Shown: positions 1 to 8,877 of the stretch, piece after piece
How the letters are laid out: every line of letters starts with the position of its first letter
How positions within the stretch are numbered: position 1 is the stretch's first letter
Made by a program: the position numbers and the translations under genes
Origin: Thermotogota bacterium
GTDB taxonomy: Bacteria; Thermotogota; Thermotogae; Petrotogales; Kosmotogaceae
Length of the DNA: 57,515 nt
Reading direction: 5' to 3'
Assembly: GCA_034660555.1 (NCBI GenBank)
Contig: JAYEJL010000057.1
Coordinates: 1 to 57,515 of the forward strand
Notes under the pieces: generated by a model
Told to the model about the DNA's origin: nothing
The model's database searches: none
What the model saw: only the letters and a program-made list of their open reading frames with translations

Positions 1-97
1 AGCTGCTGAATTGATTACACTGGGGAATAATTTCCCAAAGATAGTTGTTAATGTTGAAAATATGAAAGTTATGAGACCATGGATCATGGAACTGTAA
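1..97 (+). CDS. 3' end of a CDS running in from the left edge (…AAELITLGNNFPKIVVNVENMKVMRPWIMEL*), product unknown
   Basis: Frame 2 is open from the window edge to TAA at 95-97, just before the tRNA promoter. Confidence 0.45.
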   Translation, partial: AAELITLGNNFPKIVVNVENMKVMRPWIMEL

Positions 98-117
98 ACT
101 TATTTAAAAGCAATATA

Positions 118-146
118 TTGACGGAAGAGGTAAAATCTGATATATT
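118..146 (+). promoter_or_regulatory. sigma70-type promoter of the tRNA cluster
   Basis: TTGACG (118-123), 17-bp spacer, TG-n-TATATT (141-146), about 10 nt upstream of tRNA-Pro. Confidence 0.75.
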
Positions 147-156
147 TAATTGGCTC

Positions 157-232
157 CGGGGAGTAGCGCAGATGGCAGCGCGCCTGTCTTGGGCACAGGA
201 GGTCGCTGGTTCAAGTCCAGTCTCCCCGACCA
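157..232 (+). tRNA. tRNA-Pro(TGG)
   Basis: CGGGGAG/CTCCCCG acceptor stem, CCTGT-CTTGGGC-ACAGG anticodon arm, GGTTCAAGTCC T-arm, encoded CCA. Confidence 0.95.
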
Positions 233-242
233 TTATAAATGT

Positions 243-318
243 GCGGCTGTAGCTCAATTGGTAGAGCACTGGCCTTCCAAGCCAGTGGTTGCGGGTTCGA
301 GTCTCGTCGGCCGCTCCA
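243..318 (+). tRNA. tRNA-Gly(TCC)
   Basis: GCGGCTG/CGGCCGC stem, CTGGC-CTTCCAA-GCCAG, TTCGA loop, T discriminator + CCA. Confidence 0.95.
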
Positions 319-394
319 GCGCCCGTGGCTCAATGGATAGAGCATCGGACTTCTAATCCGGTGGTTGCAGGTTCGAATCCTGCCGGGCGTACCA
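319..394 (+). tRNA. tRNA-Arg(TCT)
   Basis: GCGCCCG/CGGGCGT stem, TCGGA-CTTCTAA-TCCGG, GGTTCGAATCC, CCA. Confidence 0.95.
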
Positions 395-403
395 AAAAAC
401 CAT

Positions 404-480
404 GGTGGCTGTAGCTCAGTTGGCAGAGCGCCTGACTGTGGATCAGGTGGTCGCGGGTTCAAATCCCGCCAGCCACCCCA
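404..480 (+). tRNA. tRNA-His(GTG) with encoded G-1
   Basis: G-GTGGCTG/CAGCCAC-C 8-bp acceptor stem, CCTGA-CTGTGGA-TCAGG, CCA. Confidence 0.95.
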
Positions 481-494
481 TTTGTTTGTGTTAT

Positions 495-571
495 GCGCCC
501 GTGGCTCAACTGGATAGAGCATCGGACTTCGGATCCGATGGTTGCAGGTTCGAATCCTGCCGGGCGCACCA
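495..571 (+). tRNA. tRNA-Arg(TCG)
   Basis: GCGCCCG/CGGGCGC stem, TCGGA-CTTCGGA-TCCGA, GGTTCGAATCC, CCA. Confidence 0.95.
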
Positions 572-580
572 TTATTATCA

Positions 581-608
581 TTGTTAATGCAAACTTTTTT
601 GATATAAT
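581..608 (+). promoter_or_regulatory. Putative promoter of spoVS
   Basis: TTGTTA, 16 bp, TG-a-TATAAT (603-608). Confidence 0.6.
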
Positions 609-692
609 TGTTAGTGAACGAGTTACATTTAATATTTTATTTCATATTCTTTTCTTTAGGTAATATGCAGACGTCCAAAGGAGGTAGCAATT

Positions 693-956
693 GTGGAAGT
701 ATTAAAGGTCGCATCTAATTCTAAACCTAACGCCGTTGCAGGAGCTCTAGCGGGGGTAATTAGGGAAAAAGGTATCACTGAAGTACAGGCAATTGGTGCC
801 GGAGCAGTAAATCAGGCAATTAAGGCAATTGCTATTGCAAGAGGTTATGTTGCTCCAGGAGGAATAGATTTAGTTTGTATTCCTTCTTTTGTTGATGTAG
901 AAATTGAAGGAGAGGTAAGAACAGCAATAAAGTTCCTTGTTAAACCTAAAGACTAA
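693..956 (+). CDS. spoVS: Stage V sporulation protein S (SpoVS, Alba-like fold)
   Basis: MEVLKVASNSKPNAVAGALA…QAIGAGAVNQAIKAIAIARG signature; AAGGAGGT SD, GTG start. Confidence 0.95.
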   Translation: MEVLKVASNSKPNAVAGALAGVIREKGITEVQAIGAGAVNQAIKAIAIARGYVAPGGIDLVCIPSFVDVEIEGEVRTAIKFLVKPKD

Positions 957-977
957 TTAAGAGCTGCTTTGCTTTTT

Positions 978-2981
978 TTAAGACAGCTCAGCTACTGTGA
1001 ATTCTCCCGGATTCAAGTTGATTTCCAGAGAACCTGAAGTATGCCATGGTGGTTGCGCACCTGAGTAATCACGGCATAACCACAAAATGTCATGTTCACC
1101 CTTCCAGGTATAATAACCTAAATCAAGCTTCACATGTCGTTGGTTCTGAAAATCCATATTTCCAAGAATTATCAAACCCTTTTCGCCGTTCCAGTACATG
1201 AAGGCTATGATGCTGTCATCGATTTGTTCGAATTTTTTGAAGTTTGATGCCTTAATAAGGTCGTTTTTTTCCTTTCTAATATTTGAGAGAAGTTCAATGA
1301 GTTGATTCATGTCTTCATTTTTCCAGTGTAGCGCATAATTATCAAAGAAAGCCAGTTTCCCATAAAAAGGATCATCTTTCGGTAATAGATAACGTCCCGA
1401 CTCGTCGTTGTCCAACCCAAGATTCATTGGTTGTATTTCAAAGAATTCCTGACCCGAATTAATGAATGGAATGACGTTAGGGAGAAAGAAATTAAGTGAT
1501 GTTGCAAACCGGGAAAAACTTTTACCCCATTTTCTTGCTACTGCTCTCGGAGTATCTGGTGTTTCGGCGCTTCCAAGTACCGGTAATTTTAATTGTGGTA
1601 AAACATTAAAACACAATTCGTGTAACTTACCCTCCTCGATTCTTGGTTCCATCCACCATGAGTTACCCAGGAAACAGTCATAACCCGCTTTTTTCGATTC
1701 TTCATCATTTGACATGGACAGTTCTTCTGCGATCATGGCAAAGGCTGGATCATTTTTTCTTGCGGACTTTATCACTCTTTCTTCAAGCTCATCGGGTAAT
1801 GCATGACCCATGTCAAGCCGAGATCCATCTACACCGAAATTCTTGCTGTAGAAGGGCATAATTGACTCTATGGCATCCCATAGCTTGATATTAGGTTTAT
1901 TTCCTGGGAAATCCGATGATTTGATTACATCATAAAGAATATATGGTGGTTGTTTTTCAGGATCCTTTAGATATTTTCGGGATTCTATAGGGTGGTCTTC
2001 GTATAATCTCAGGAAGGTGATATCTTTCCAGATTGGTTGATTGTCGTTTATCCAGTCGGAAAATCCGGGTGGGGTTATAACTCCGAATTCTTTAGTTAAT
2101 TCAGTCAAAAAATCAGGATTATTTCTATTTGCTGCTACAAAATTGTGCCATCGTTTTGGATTTTCTTTATTTGGAGCAAACCTAAATTTCTTTAAATGAT
2201 TCTTTACGTTTTCCTGAGAATAAATCTTTTCAAGGTTTTGCTTTGATGGCTGAGCAAATCCAAGCCCCTCAATTTTAGGTGCTTCGAAATTGTCCAGTTC
2301 ATTAATATCAATCCAGTAAAACCATTCAGGATGATCGAGTATTAACTCAGAATCTCTGGAAGATGTTCTGGGAATGAAGTCAAGAACCACTCTGATATTC
2401 ATTATATGTGCTGCTTCAATAAATGCTTTGAATTCATCTTCAACACTGAAATCTTTCAACATTTTGTCGTGATATCTGGGTTCTATTGAGAAGAAATTCT
2501 TAACCGCATAAGGTGATCCAGTTTCTCCCTTTTTAAATGCATCGCTAAATTTGGTAACAGGAAGGAGATAAAGCGTATCAATGTTCATATTTTTTAGGTA
2601 GGGCAATATCATTATCATTTTGAGGAAAGTACCATTTTCCGTAAAGTTAGAATTTTCAGTGTTCAAAAGGCCAGGATTTTCGTGACCGTAAGCCACTGTA
2701 CTTCTCACAAAGGCGCCGTATATGTTTGAATTTGCTATCCAATTGGGTGACATTTCATCTTTGATTCTGGATAAAGGAAGTAAGTAGTTTGTCTTTTCTT
2801 CTGCTTTAACCAGTATTTCATTCATTAACCAGCTGATATATTTATTGGGGTTCACACGAATGAAGCTATCCGAAACCTTTCTTTCGCCTTCATATGATTT
2901 ATGAAGCCATTTTTTTGGAATAGCGTAACTGCAATCTCCCTCATCTTTTTTGCTAAAGTAATCATGTAAATTCTTCAGCAT
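978..2981 (-). CDS. GH13 maltodextrin glycosyltransferase (maltosyltransferase, MmtA-like)
   Basis: YLLPV, SPYAVKN, VLDFIPRT, DGSRLDMGHALP, MIAEEL and ETPDTPR match the Thermotoga maltosyltransferase pattern. Start moved to ATG 2981 (SD GAGAGGTG) because the longer ORF overlaps a tRNA. Confidence 0.85.
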   Translation of the reverse strand: MLKNLHDYFSKKDEGDCSYAIPKKWLHKSYEGERKVSDSFIRVNPNKYISWLMNEILVKAEEKTNYLLPLSRIKDEMSPNWIANSNIYGAFVRSTVAYGHENPGLLNTENSNFTENGTFLKMIMILPYLKNMNIDTLYLLPVTKFSDAFKKGETGSPYAVKNFFSIEPRYHDKMLKDFSVEDEFKAFIEAAHIMNIRVVLDFIPRTSSRDSELILDHPEWFYWIDINELDNFEAPKIEGLGFAQPSKQNLEKIYSQENVKNHLKKFRFAPNKENPKRWHNFVAANRNNPDFLTELTKEFGVITPPGFSDWINDNQPIWKDITFLRLYEDHPIESRKYLKDPEKQPPYILYDVIKSSDFPGNKPNIKLWDAIESIMPFYSKNFGVDGSRLDMGHALPDELEERVIKSARKNDPAFAMIAEELSMSNDEESKKAGYDCFLGNSWWMEPRIEEGKLHELCFNVLPQLKLPVLGSAETPDTPRAVARKWGKSFSRFATSLNFFLPNVIPFINSGQEFFEIQPMNLGLDNDESGRYLLPKDDPFYGKLAFFDNYALHWKNEDMNQLIELLSNIRKEKNDLIKASNFKKFEQIDDSIIAFMYWNGEKGLIILGNMDFQNQRHVKLDLGYYTWKGEHDILWLCRDYSGAQPPWHTSGSLEINLNPGEFTVAELS

Positions 2982-2997
2982 GACAGCACCTCTCTTT

Positions 2998-3020
2998 AAA
3001 AAAAGGACGGTTTCCCGCCC
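2998..3020 (-). terminator. Intrinsic terminator after tRNA-Ser
   Basis: GGGCGG-GAAA-CCGTCC followed by T7 on the minus strand. Confidence 0.8.
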
Positions 3021-3022
3021 AT

Positions 3023-3110
3023 TGGCGGAGGCGATGGGACTCGAACCCACAAGGGGTAAAAACCCCACCGATTTTCGAGACCGGCTCCTTACCAGTTAGG
3101 ATACGCCTCC
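3023..3110 (-). tRNA. tRNA-Ser(CGA)
   Basis: GGAGGCG/CGCCTCC stem, CCGGT-CTCGAAA-ATCGG, long variable arm GGGGT-TTTT-ACCCC, G discriminator + CCA. Confidence 0.95.
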
Positions 3111-3123
3111 TATGCAGTGAAAA

Positions 3124-3152
3124 ATTATATCATGCAAAAGATTGGCTGGCAA
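3124..3152 (-). promoter_or_regulatory. Promoter of tRNA-Ser
   Basis: TTGCCA, 17 bp, TG-a-TATAAT on the minus strand. Confidence 0.8.
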
Positions 3153-3153
3153 C

Positions 3154-3254
3154 TTGCGCTATTACAGGAAATGCATTAGAATAAAACCTGGTACATCAAA
3201 TGTTATTGAATTTGTGTGTTAATCAAAGACAAATCTGGCAAAGTATGTTAAAAT
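3154..3254 (+). promoter_or_regulatory. Two candidate tandem promoters for the rplU operon
   Basis: TTGCGC-17-TAGAAT (3154-3182) and AAGACA-17-TGtTAAAAT (3226-3254). Confidence 0.6.
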
Positions 3255-3276
3255 TTGCAGGTATTCAAAGAAAATC

Positions 3277-3321
3277 GGGCATGAGAAAGGTAATAAAGCC
3301 GAGAGGTACCTTGCTCAGCTC
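3277..3321 (+). promoter_or_regulatory. Structured 5' leader of rplU (candidate r-protein autoregulatory element)
   Basis: GGGC/GCTC, TGAG/CTCA and AAGGT/ACCTT nested helices enclosing a GCC-GAGA-GGT GNRA hairpin, just upstream of the SD. Confidence 0.5.
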
Positions 3322-3348
3322 TTTTATAGTGCAAAAGGAGGAGTGTTT

Positions 3349-3663
3349 GTGTACGCGATAATCGAAACGTCCGGGAAACAGTACAAGGTCAAAGAAGGGG
3401 CAAGCTTCTTCACAGAGAAACAAAAGGGTTACAATGAAGGAGATCCCATTGAATTTGACCGTGTTGTCATGTTAAAAAGTGACGATGGATTAAAAGTGGG
3501 CAAGCCTTACCTTGAAGGTGCAAAAGTCGTAGGAAAAATCGTAAAAAACGGTAGAAGCAAAAAGATCAGAGTGATCAAATTTAGACCAAGGAAAAATTAC
3601 GACAGGGAATATGGTCACAGGCAACATTACTCTGAAATACTTATCGAAAAGATTGAGTATTAA
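3349..3663 (+). CDS. rplU: 50S ribosomal protein bL21
   Basis: YAIIETSGKQYKV…GKPYLEGAKV…GHRQHY; GTG 3349 has the best spacing from SD AAGGAGG. Confidence 0.97.
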   Translation: MYAIIETSGKQYKVKEGASFFTEKQKGYNEGDPIEFDRVVMLKSDDGLKVGKPYLEGAKVVGKIVKNGRSKKIRVIKFRPRKNYDREYGHRQHYSEILIEKIEY

Positions 3664-3679
3664 GGTGGAGGTGAATTGA

Positions 3680-3940
3680 ATGGCCCATAAAAAAAGTGGT
3701 GGTGTAGCAAGAAACGGAAGAGACAGTAATGCGAAATATAGAGGTATTAAACGAGGAGAAAATAGTTTTGTTAAATCCGGAACGATCATATTGAAACAGT
3801 GTGGAACAAAGATCCATCCAGGAGAAAATGTAGGGATGGGCAGAGATTTTACATTATACGCTTTAATTGATGGCAAGGTTCACTTTGAAACGAAAATGAA
3901 CCGTAAGTTTGTAAGCGTCTATAACGATACACAGCAATAG
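3680..3940 (+). CDS. rpmA: 50S ribosomal protein bL27
   Basis: [16 protein letters not shown]…[14 protein letters not shown]. Confidence 0.97.
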   Translation: MAHKKSGGVARNGRDSNAKYRGIKRGENSFVKSGTIILKQCGTKIHPGENVGMGRDFTLYALIDGKVHFETKMNRKFVSVYNDTQQ

Positions 3941-3967
3941 GGCAAATTCGAGGGAGGATTAATTGTT

Positions 3968-4492
3968 ATGAAAATACAGAAAACACCTCTTTGTAAAATA
4001 AGCACCAACTGGACAAAAGTTCAGACAAAACGAAAAGGTGAAATAGACAAGGTAGAATACTATGTTTCTGATCATAATGATGAGAAAATCGAAAGAAACT
4101 GGTATCTTGTGGATGCTACCGATGCCCCCTTGGGTAGACTGGCAAGTCAAATCGCGAGGATATTGATGGGTAAGCATAAGCCGATATATACACCACATGT
4201 TGATACAGGGGATTTTGTTGTTGTGGTTAATGCATCCAAGATCAAGCTAACAGGAAAGAAAATGAATCAGAAGAAATACTACAGATATACCGATTACCCC
4301 GGAGGTTTGAAGACGAGAACAGCGAAGGAAATGATTGAAAGACATCCTAAAGAGGTTATCAAAATGGCTGTTCGTAGGATGTTGCCTAAAACTATACTTG
4401 GAAAAAATATGCTTAGAAAGCTTAAAGTATATGCTGGACCTAAACATAGACATGAAGCTCAAAAACCTGAGCAGATTGATTTGTTGAAGTAA
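3968..4492 (+). CDS. rplM: 50S ribosomal protein uL13 (N-terminally elongated, 174 aa)
   Basis: WYLVDA…LGRLAS…[30 protein letters not shown]. Confidence 0.97.
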   Translation: MKIQKTPLCKISTNWTKVQTKRKGEIDKVEYYVSDHNDEKIERNWYLVDATDAPLGRLASQIARILMGKHKPIYTPHVDTGDFVVVVNASKIKLTGKKMNQKKYYRYTDYPGGLKTRTAKEMIERHPKEVIKMAVRRMLPKTILGKNMLRKLKVYAGPKHRHEAQKPEQIDLLK

Positions 4493-4504
4493 GGAGGATA
4501 TTGA

Positions 4505-4909
4505 ATGGCTGAAATGGTTGAATATTATGGAACAGGAAGAAGAAAAACTGCGGTTGCAAGGGTACGATTAAGGCCAGGAAAAGGAAAATTTGTAATTAAC
4601 GGAAAGGAATTTGATGATTTACAGAAATATCTTCATAATGATTTGTGGGTAAGACATGCCTTAAAACCTGCTGTGATTACAGAATCGCTTGGAAAATTTG
4701 ATTATGTGATTAGAGTTAATGGTGGGGGATTGTCAGGACAAGCAGGAGCAATGAGGTTGGGAATTGCCAGAGCCCTTTTGGAGTTCAATCCCGATCTTAA
4801 AAAGCGTTTAAGAGAAGAAGGTTTACTTACAAGGGATTCAAGAAAAGTTGAAAGAAAGAAGTACGGTTTGAAAAAGGCAAGAAAAGCTCCGCAATTCTCA
4901 AAGAGATAA
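4505..4909 (+). CDS. rpsI: 30S ribosomal protein uS9
   Basis: [12 protein letters not shown]…[10 protein letters not shown]…[19 protein letters not shown]. Confidence 0.97.
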   Translation: MAEMVEYYGTGRRKTAVARVRLRPGKGKFVINGKEFDDLQKYLHNDLWVRHALKPAVITESLGKFDYVIRVNGGGLSGQAGAMRLGIARALLEFNPDLKKRLREEGLLTRDSRKVERKKYGLKKARKAPQFSKR

Positions 4910-4931
4910 TATATCGTTTATATAAGTCAGA

Positions 4932-4971
4932 GTGGATTCCTATTGTGAAGGGGTCCACCGTTTTTCGGTGG
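4932..4971 (+). terminator. Terminator-like hairpin between rpsI and dnaG overlapping an SD-masking hairpin
   Basis: GTGGATTCC/GGGGTCCAC stem followed by CG-TTTTT; alternative CCACCG/CGGTGG stem. Confidence 0.5.
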
Positions 4972-4978
4972 TGATTTA

Positions 4979-6712
4979 GTGTTCGACAAGGATCTAATTG
5001 AAAAGCTGAAATCTTCTGTGGATATTGTCGAACTCGTCGGACGTTACGTTAACCTCCAGAAGTCAGGAAGCTATTATCGTGGACTTTGCCCATTCCATAA
5101 TGATACAGATCCTTCTTTTTATGTGAGTCCCGGAAAGGGTTTTTTTCACTGTTTTGGGTGCGGTGCTTCTGGCGATGTAATAAGTTTTTATCAAAAGATA
5201 GAAAATTTGTCCTTCACTGATGCGGTAGTCCAGCTTGCAGACATGTTTAATGTAAATGTCCCGATGGAGGCTTTTGAAGAAACAGCTTATCATAAATCTA
5301 CTAAAATACTTGAAAATCTTGCCAGATACTGGCACAACGAATTATTCAAAAAAAACAAAACCAGTCAAAATGTTATTAACTACCTAAAAAGCAGAAAGAT
5401 CACGGGAAAGACCATTCGTAGTTTCGAACTTGGTCTTTCAACTGGTGATCGAACTCTGGAAAGATTTATACAGTCTAATAATAAAGTTAAAAGAGATGAT
5501 TTGGTTTCCGCAGGAGTTGCATATTTTAGCAAGGGGAACCTCATTAATAGATTTTCAGATAGATTAACGATACCAATAAGAAATAAATCAGGCAAAGTTG
5601 TGGGTTTTGGTGCCAGAGTAATTTCAGATGAGAATGGACCAAAATACCTCAATTCACCTGAGAGTAGTATTTTTAAGAAAAGCAAACTCTTATTCAATTT
5701 GAACAGGGCAAAAAAGAGCATAGACAGTTTGAATTATGTAATAGTTGTTGAAGGATTCTTCGATGTTATCTCATTGTATGAAGCAGGGATAGAGAATGTA
5801 GTAGGAACACTTGGAACATCACTTACAGGAATACAATTGAAACTCCTAAAAAATATAACTGAAAATATTCTATTCTTTTTTGATTCAGATGAAGCCGGAC
5901 AAAAAGCTACGTTTAGAGCAGTAGAAATGGCAGAGCAATTAGGGCTATCCACCGCGGTTGTACAAACTCCTAAATTCAAAGATCCCGGTGAGTTGTTGGT
6001 GAAAAAGGAACCGAAAGATATTCGTAATATTTTAAATCAGGCAGTACCGGGACCGACATTTAAGATACACTATTTTTCGAGGAAACTCGATCTAAAGAAC
6101 GATCAGGGAAAGAAAAAGCTGTTACAGATTTCAGAACCATATTTAAGAAAGTATCAAGAACAGGGTGATAATCCCGGACTGCAGACCGCGGTAAAAGCGA
6201 TATCGGAGTTAACAGGTTATGAAGAAGAGTCCATAAACGTTTCTTCACGAAGGAAGCCATTCAGGAAAAACGTTAAACCCAGGTCTGGTGAAAAGAAACT
6301 CAAACCCGGTGAAAAGGAATTGCTTAACATCTACTTCTCTTTTCCTGAATACAAATCTCTTGTTTTGAAAACCATGGAATTACTTCCTTTGAGTTCTGCC
6401 TGTATGGAAATTTACAAGCTAATCGAGAAAGATGATGATTTTGAACGCATACTGAAAAATGTTGAAGAAGATCTTGGAAGAGAACTAATGAATATCGTGG
6501 AAACCCCAATGAACAAAAACTTAGCTGAAGTAATACTTAATGATCTTGAAAAACGAACTGAAAAAATGTTGATCAAGGAGCAAATAAAAGAACTGGACAG
6601 AAAGATCAACCAGGTAAGCAATGAAAAAGTCAAAACTTCTCTTCTTATGAAAAGGGTACAACTGTCTAGGTTGCTCTTGAAAAGTCAGGGAGGTGGAAAT
6701 AATGGCAGCTAA
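4979..6712 (+). CDS. dnaG: DNA primase
   Basis: CHC2 zinc finger (CPFH…CFGC), [20 protein letters not shown] and DSDEAG. Confidence 0.97.
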   Translation: MFDKDLIEKLKSSVDIVELVGRYVNLQKSGSYYRGLCPFHNDTDPSFYVSPGKGFFHCFGCGASGDVISFYQKIENLSFTDAVVQLADMFNVNVPMEAFEETAYHKSTKILENLARYWHNELFKKNKTSQNVINYLKSRKITGKTIRSFELGLSTGDRTLERFIQSNNKVKRDDLVSAGVAYFSKGNLINRFSDRLTIPIRNKSGKVVGFGARVISDENGPKYLNSPESSIFKKSKLLFNLNRAKKSIDSLNYVIVVEGFFDVISLYEAGIENVVGTLGTSLTGIQLKLLKNITENILFFFDSDEAGQKATFRAVEMAEQLGLSTAVVQTPKFKDPGELLVKKEPKDIRNILNQAVPGPTFKIHYFSRKLDLKNDQGKKKLLQISEPYLRKYQEQGDNPGLQTAVKAISELTGYEEESINVSSRRKPFRKNVKPRSGEKKLKPGEKELLNIYFSFPEYKSLVLKTMELLPLSSACMEIYKLIEKDDDFERILKNVEEDLGRELMNIVETPMNKNLAEVILNDLEKRTEKMLIKEQIKELDRKINQVSNEKVKTSLLMKRVQLSRLLLKSQGGGNNGS

Positions 6713-7874
6713 AAAACAAAACACAAAGACGAAGAAAAAAGAAAAGAAGTTATCAAAGGAACAGATTAAGAAGAATATTGACAAACTGATTAAACTGGGA
6801 AAAAAGCAGGGTTATATAACCTATGCTGATATAGATAATGCTTTTCCTCCAGATTACAAAGGTTTCGATGCACAGATGATGGAGAAAACATACGAAGAAT
6901 TAGAAAAGAGTAAAATCAAGATTGTAGAGAAGGATGAAGAAGAAAAAGAAGATATGGAGGATACCGAGGAAGAAGAAATTGACTCGTTATTATTTAACTC
7001 GCCGGAAATGTACGATAATATTTCTTTGAAAGACCCAATAAAGATGTATCTTAAGGAAATAGGGAAAATACCGTTATTGACACCAAGTAAAGAAAGAGAA
7101 CTGGCAAGAAGAGTCCAAAAAGGTGAGAATAAAGCCAGAAGAGGATTAATAAAAGCTAATCTCAGACTCGTTGTTTCAATTGCAAAACGTTACATTGGTA
7201 GAGGACTGTCTTTTCTTGATCTTATTCAGGAAGGAAATATTGGGCTGATTAAAGCAGTTGAGAAGTTCGATTACAAGAAAGGTTTTAAATTCAGCACATA
7301 CGCAACATGGTGGATTAGACAAGCAATAACAAGAGCGATTGCCGATCAGGCAAGGACCATAAGGGTACCGGTACATATGGTCGAAACGATAAATAAGGTA
7401 AACAAGGTTATTCGAGAACACTTACAGGAACAGGGAGAATATCCAAGTGTTGAAGAACTTGGTAAGCTTACAGGTAAAACGCCTGAAAAAATAGAAGAGA
7501 TACTTGCCGCCTCTAAGGAAGCGATTTCTCTTGAGTCGCCTATAAGTGGAGATGAAGAGTCGACCATGGGAGATTTTGTTCATGATGATTCTGTTGAAAA
7601 ACCTCAGGAGTCAGCAATGAAAATGCTGTTACGTGAAAGAATAGATCATGTACTCGACACGTTGAGTCCACGAGAAGCGATGGTCCTTAAAATGAGATAC
7701 GGTCTTTTAGATGGAAAAACAAAGACACTGGAAGAAGTGGGCCAGTTTTTCAATGTAACCAGAGAAAGAATTAGGCAAATAGAAGTAAAAGCACTGAGGA
7801 AATTAAGACATCCTTCCAGGAGCAAACAGCTGAAATCCCTTATAGGAATGTTAAACGATTCGAGGACTGAATAA
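6702..7874 (+). CDS. rpoD: RNA polymerase primary sigma factor
   Basis: [48 protein letters not shown] 6702 after GGAGGTG. Confidence 0.97.
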   Translation: MAAKKQNTKTKKKEKKLSKEQIKKNIDKLIKLGKKQGYITYADIDNAFPPDYKGFDAQMMEKTYEELEKSKIKIVEKDEEEKEDMEDTEEEEIDSLLFNSPEMYDNISLKDPIKMYLKEIGKIPLLTPSKERELARRVQKGENKARRGLIKANLRLVVSIAKRYIGRGLSFLDLIQEGNIGLIKAVEKFDYKKGFKFSTYATWWIRQAITRAIADQARTIRVPVHMVETINKVNKVIREHLQEQGEYPSVEELGKLTGKTPEKIEEILAASKEAISLESPISGDEESTMGDFVHDDSVEKPQESAMKMLLRERIDHVLDTLSPREAMVLKMRYGLLDGKTKTLEEVGQFFNVTRERIRQIEVKALRKLRHPSRSKQLKSLIGMLNDSRTE

Positions 7875-7966
7875 CATAAAAAAGAAACGTTTCCTTAAAT
7901 AAGTCATCATTATTAAGAAAACCAATTTTTGTATAATCATTATGCAATCAATGAGGGAGACGTGAT

Positions 7967-8149
7967 ATGATGAATGGAAAACCATCAGGATCAAGCAAGA
8001 GAAAATTTCAATCAAGTCCCAAAGTTGTTGCTCAAATTGATCTTATTAAAATGAACAAAAACGGTGATAAAGAATCCATACAAGATGAAATTAGAAGTAG
8101 ATTATCGTGTAATAATGGAAATGAAAGAAAGGAGCAGTCTCATGAATGA
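7967..8149 (+). CDS. Small hypothetical protein (60 aa)
   Basis: Preceded by TATAAT (~7932) and SD GAGGGAG; its stop overlaps the next start (ATGAATGA). Confidence 0.5.
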   Translation: MMNGKPSGSSKRKFQSSPKVVAQIDLIKMNKNGDKESIQDEIRSRLSCNNGNERKEQSHE

Positions 8150-8852
8150 GACTGCTCTTATCGTTAAGGACTTCAACCTTTACATTAACAGTGAAAGGGT
8201 ACTGAAGGATATTAGTTTTTCTATTCCTAGAGGTCAGATTGTGCTTTTTTATGGTCCACGGGGTTCGGGAAAATCAATGTTGTTGAGAACAATGCTGCAT
8301 CTCAATGAAGAGTTATTTGAGAATGTTTATGGAGATGGCATAGTGGAGCCCTTTGGTAAAAGAATTGAGGATTACGATAGAAAAGAGTTGAGGAATGATA
8401 TTGCCTACGTTGATACATCATTTCTTAATGCGTTAAGCGATTTTAGCCTGAAGGAATTTTTTAGGTTAATAAAGGGGAATAATTTCAAATTAGAAGATCT
8501 ATCTGATTATGATCTTGATTTGATAAAAACCCTTCATATTGAAGACATTTTAACTTATTCTCCCAAAACCAGTTTGAACGTATTACTTCCCTATCAAAGA
8601 ATACTGCTTTTAATATATTCAACACTTGCTAGAAAACCATCTATGGTAATTCTTGACAGTATCGTAGATAATCTTGATGATGAAAGCTCTGTTCATGTAA
8701 AAAACATGATATATCAGTCAAATAAAGATTGCACCGTTTTGCTTTCTAGCCGCTATACATTGAGGTTTTTAGACATATGTGATTTGTTAATTTCTTTAAA
8801 AGATGGTAAAATTTCATATGTGGGAACTCCAGAGAATTATGTTGTTTCCTGA
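8142..8852 (+). CDS. Degenerate ABC-type ATP-binding protein (PstB-like fold)
   Basis: Walker A GPRGSGKS intact; signature, Walker B (VILDS) and H-loop degenerate; SD AAGGAG before ATG 8142. Confidence 0.75.
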   Translation: MNETALIVKDFNLYINSERVLKDISFSIPRGQIVLFYGPRGSGKSMLLRTMLHLNEELFENVYGDGIVEPFGKRIEDYDRKELRNDIAYVDTSFLNALSDFSLKEFFRLIKGNNFKLEDLSDYDLDLIKTLHIEDILTYSPKTSLNVLLPYQRILLLIYSTLARKPSMVILDSIVDNLDDESSVHVKNMIYQSNKDCTVLLSSRYTLRFLDICDLLISLKDGKISYVGTPENYVVS

Positions 8853-8877
8853 AATTACATGATAGGAGTGTAAAATT

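Noticed and set aside
84..587. Four short ORFs over the tRNA cluster
   Set aside because: Shadow translations of tRNA genes
2982..3068. N-terminal extension of the 696-aa GH13 ORF
   Set aside because: Runs through tRNA-Ser and its terminator; the SD-supported start is ATG 2981
3023..3110. tRNA-Ser (and the 5-tRNA cluster) as island integration sites
   Set aside because: No integrase, no duplicated tRNA 3' end, and flanking genes are core
3664..3679. Absence of prp (ysxB) between rplU and rpmA
   Set aside because: Expected: bL27 starts directly at MAHKK with no cleavable extension
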